DNA of 63,987 bases, counting the filler, from Basidioascus undulatus (lineage: Eukaryota): NCBI GenBank assembly GCA_000826855.1. It is 4 parts of 4 records of this genome, joined end to end, with 100 filler letters (N's around TTAATTAATTAA, not from the genome) between each part and the next. Parts side by side here need not be neighbours in the genome. Positions count along the whole stretch, not along the records: positions 48,931 to 63,987 come from JTLS01000666.1; 3 more parts are not named here. One strand, 5' to 3'. Position 1 is the first letter of the stretch; each line of letters starts with the position of its first letter. A program made the position numbers and the translations under genes. The notes beneath the pieces are model-generated. The model saw nothing but the letters and a program-made list of their open reading frames with translations, had not been told where the DNA came from and did no database searches. Shown one piece after another: positions 60,780-63,987 of this stretch.

Positions 60780-62605
60780 TCAGTCGTTCGTAGTCCTCGG
60801 GCTTCCAGCCAGGGACCGGCTCGAATTCGAAGCGACGGAGGAGTACGCCCAGCGTGATGCGCATCGAGTTCCAAGCGAACTGGCGGGCGACACAGGCAAA
60901 GGGACCTGCTTGGGCGACGGCATCAGCAAAGTAGCAACATTGTGAGATTTCTTGTAATCTACTCGCCTTTGCTGAACGGGAAGAAAGCGGAACGGTCGAT
61001 CGAAGCGTCGCCGTCGTCCTGCATCCACCGAGCGGGGCGGAACTCAGTCGCGCTATTGATGCGGCACAATCACCACAACACGCTTCCTGCAAACAAGGCT
61101 GCCGGTCAACTCACTTTGGGCCGAAGTAGCGCTCATCACGCTGCACAACGTATTGAGGCGCGTAAACGCTGGCCGTCGTCTCGGGGATGAACCTGTGGAT
61201 TGCAGAGTTTACCTTCAGCTTTTCGAGAAACTCAGCCAGACTATGATACTTACCTTCCACAACGACCGCACCTTCGCTTCCCTTGGGTGGGCACCGGTGT
61301 CCTCCTCCCGGCGATGGTGGAAGCAGCCTCATCGTCTCGGTGATGCACGCAGTGAGTAGCGGCAGCGTCGCGAGGCCGGACACAACGGACGATTGGAGGT
61401 CAGCCGCGTCAAGCTCGGCTTGGAGGAGGCGGGCGAAGGAAGGATGCTCGAGGAGGAAGCAGAATACGTTCGTAAGCCTGAAGGAAGTGGTATTGGAACC
61501 AGCAAGGATGAGGATGAAGGCTCCGAGAAGAGTGTGAGTAGTTCGGAAGGCGACTTCTCGGCACCGGCCCCGTCATCTTCGTCGTGAAGCTGTCCGTGCG
61601 GGTTCCGATCATAGTGAATGGTCCCCTATGATGTCGGTGGAGAGGCGGATGAGGATGGTCTGTCCGAGTGCGCAACTGGTTCAGCACACGACCGCGCCAT
61701 TTTCTGACGAGACGGACAGCTTTGGACATACCGAAAATTCGGCAACCCCGTCACAGCTCTGTTGAAGCTCCTGGAAGTACGCTAGCTGGTTGGCCCGCAT
61801 GACCATGCTGGGAATGTAAGAGACAAGAGCTTCGGAGGTGAGAGCTGTGATTTCGAGTATACAGTCAGCCCCCGCGGATTGCACTCCCGTTGATCCAGCG
61901 GATGAAAGAGATGGTCTCCTGCGCTTCCTTGTTCCAAAACTTCCCGCGACGGCCGTGCTTGACTTTGTCCACCTCGTCCGCCAAAGAAGTCGCAGCACCG
62001 TCCCGGGCTTTCGTGTGGTTGAACCTTTTGCGTCCAAAGTAGTCAATAGGCCGCCCTGACGGTTAAGCCACCCCAGTTTCAACGTACCATCATACAAGCT
62101 ACCCTTGTGCCAGTCCACCAGCACGGGATCCACGGCCGCGGCGTTAGCGATGGAAAGCTGGTTCGGGCCTGGTGGGAGAAGAGCGTGAGCTCCTGCGAGG
62201 GCAAGCCCGGGGAAAAGCATCGCACCGATGCGGATGAAGTCCTCATGCTCCTTGTGAGGAGGAGGTGAGTACCACCGCGAAATGCATGGAAAGCGCGGTA
62301 GAACATGCTGAGCTTTGCGAGGATCGGGCCGGGCTGTAGATGCCAAGCCGATGTCAGAAAAAAACTTCTCTATTTACCTTGGGATGTAAGCAAAGGGACA
62401 TACAAAAGTGGCCAGCGGATGCAATGGCGAGAGACGGTAAGCGCCGATGGAGACGAGGATGGACCCGAAGTAAAGGGAGGGCACGGCGAGCCGGACGACG
62501 AGTAGGACCTCAGCGAGGACTGCGCAGGCTGTGAGGACGCTCGGCTCGCGGCGGTTGAAATAGAGGTCACACTAGAAGGAGCGACTTAAGGGCTGGGTAG
62601 AGCAT
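60780..62605 (-). pseudogene. Cytochrome P450 pseudogene
   Basis: YRLSPLHPLA, IRIG-PNQLSI, AGSNTT (I-helix), ETMR (ExxR), FRPARW, FFPFSKGPFACVAR (haem Cys); 1-bp frameshift near 61522, region after RLSTDIIGD apparently deleted, C-terminus diverges after DYER. Confidence 0.85.
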
Positions 62606-63672
62606 GATGTCTAGGAGAAGATTATGGGGTGCAGGTGGGAGGAGAGAGAGCTGAGCTGGGCCTTTCGTTGGATTGACCCAGCCAAGAACGCGGCGTGCCG
62701 GCGCGCTGAGAAAAGGTCCACGACACTCGCCCACGAAGGGTGGACGCCCAAATTGTTGACATGCTTGAGGATTTCAGTCTGTGCAACTCACCATAATGCG
62801 TGTGATTGTGAAATATATCGCGATGGAGCTTGCAGCTGCTTGCCCTCTCCTCGTTTTCTAGCGGTACAATCTTCTTTCACTCTCTATGGCACTGGACAAA
62901 GGAGAGAGACTTTGGGAGGTATAAACGCATATAAAGTGCAATATCAAAGAGCCCGCCTGCGTATGTGGCCTCGCCTGCGTTGCGAGCGTACAAGTTCGGC
63001 AGGTGCGAACACCGCCGTCCTCAACCCAACCGAACCCTCACGCTCGGCGCTGATCTGGCTTGAAACCTCCCTTGTCTTATCATGCCGAACAAAAGGCTCA
63101 CCAATCATATATAAATGAGGGAGAAAAGCACCATAATTGCCATTTTTTTGCGCAAGCTCGCCCGCTGTGGCCGGCGGCAGACGCACATCAATGCGTTCTG
63201 CAGCACGCTCTTTCACTCTCCTCAAGCTGAAGATCTGCCGACAGCGCCTCTGGGGTAACATACAAAATAAGCCCCACAATCCATCCACGGTTCGATCGGG
63301 CGGTAACTGCGCTTTGAATTACCAGAGATGAGCACAGTGGTCGATCTGCGAAGCTCGCAGCTGTGGACAGACGGCCGAGCAAGCATCTTGCCATTCTGAC
63401 TAGCCCAAAAAATCAAGGGAAACACGCGTTTGCGAAGCCGTAATCTCTAAGTAACTATCATCTTCACGCTGTTGCAGCGAGAAAAGGTGAAAAGCATGCA
63501 CCCAGATGCAGCTTACCGTAGCGTTTCCACGGAAAGTCCATGGCTCAAATTTCGAGGCCAGGCTGGGCTCCGCCGCTGCGTATGTTCTTGCTGTTCTCCA
63601 TCATCTCTGTACTGGCTTCCACTCACACATTTCTTCCATATTCAATACTTACCAGAGCGCCTAGCGCCTTTG

Positions 63673-63987
63673 ATGCCTCCCTCGAACTTCAAAAAGCGCA
63701 AGCGTGCGGCTGAGCCCGCCCCACCCGCGAAGGCGGCGGCTCGGGACTTGCTTAAGGGTATGGGGAAGGGTCGGGCGGTCGAGGTAGAGGATGAGGAGTT
63801 GAATGGGGAATCTGAGCAGGAGTCGGTGGAGGGGGCGGAGGAGAGTGGGGAGGAAGATCAGGACGGATCGGTGGGAGGGGGCGACAGTGAGGACAGCGGG
63901 CTGGAAGATGAGTCGGACGAGGGCCCAGACGAAGACGAGGAGGAGGAGGAGGACGCCGAGGAAGATGCAAGCGAAGCCGACTCGTCT
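63673..63987 (+). CDS. 5' end of a nuclear/nucleolar-type protein with basic NLS and acidic tract (runs off window)
   Basis: MPPSNFKKRKRAAEP... followed by a long D/E-rich stretch, open to the window end. Confidence 0.7.
   Translation, partial: MPPSNFKKRKRAAEPAPPAKAAARDLLKGMGKGRAVEVEDEELNGESEQESVEGAEESGEEDQDGSVGGGDSEDSGLEDESDEGPDEDEEEEEDAEEDASEADSS

Overview
Eukaryotic DNA, most likely a GC-rich, intron-dense basidiomycete fungus (short GT-AG introns with GCTGAY branch points; lineage possibly Pucciniomycotina, which is inference). The window is four separate contigs (about 16.2 kb where complete) joined by artificial 100-bp N/TTAATTAATTAA linkers at 16222-16321, 32528-32627 and 48831-48930, so there is no linkage across those points. 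Recognisable genes: the 3' part of an LCCL-family membrane protein, an AA9 lytic polysaccharide monooxygenase directly upstream of ergothioneine synthase EGT1, an intronless RTA1-like multi-pass membrane protein, a CMK1-like kinase, lipin PAH1, a beta-helix plus bulb-lectin protein, SPA2, a PalI/Sur7-like protein, GPI13 and a TALE homeobox factor. Accessory regions hold decayed genes (laccase, BXI1, P450, F-box), LINE and Ty3/gypsy remnants with CpG decay, and two unannotated tandem paralogue pairs: small secreted proteins with a GWxGxxWxGxG motif, and an intronless family with a conserved coding-like upstream segment. No tRNA, rRNA or CRISPR array was seen. I found no clearly complete novel system; the best leads are the two paralogue pairs, the unsecreted beta-helix-lectin and the LPMO-EGT1 pairing. 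All family calls come from motif recognition by eye, not database searches.
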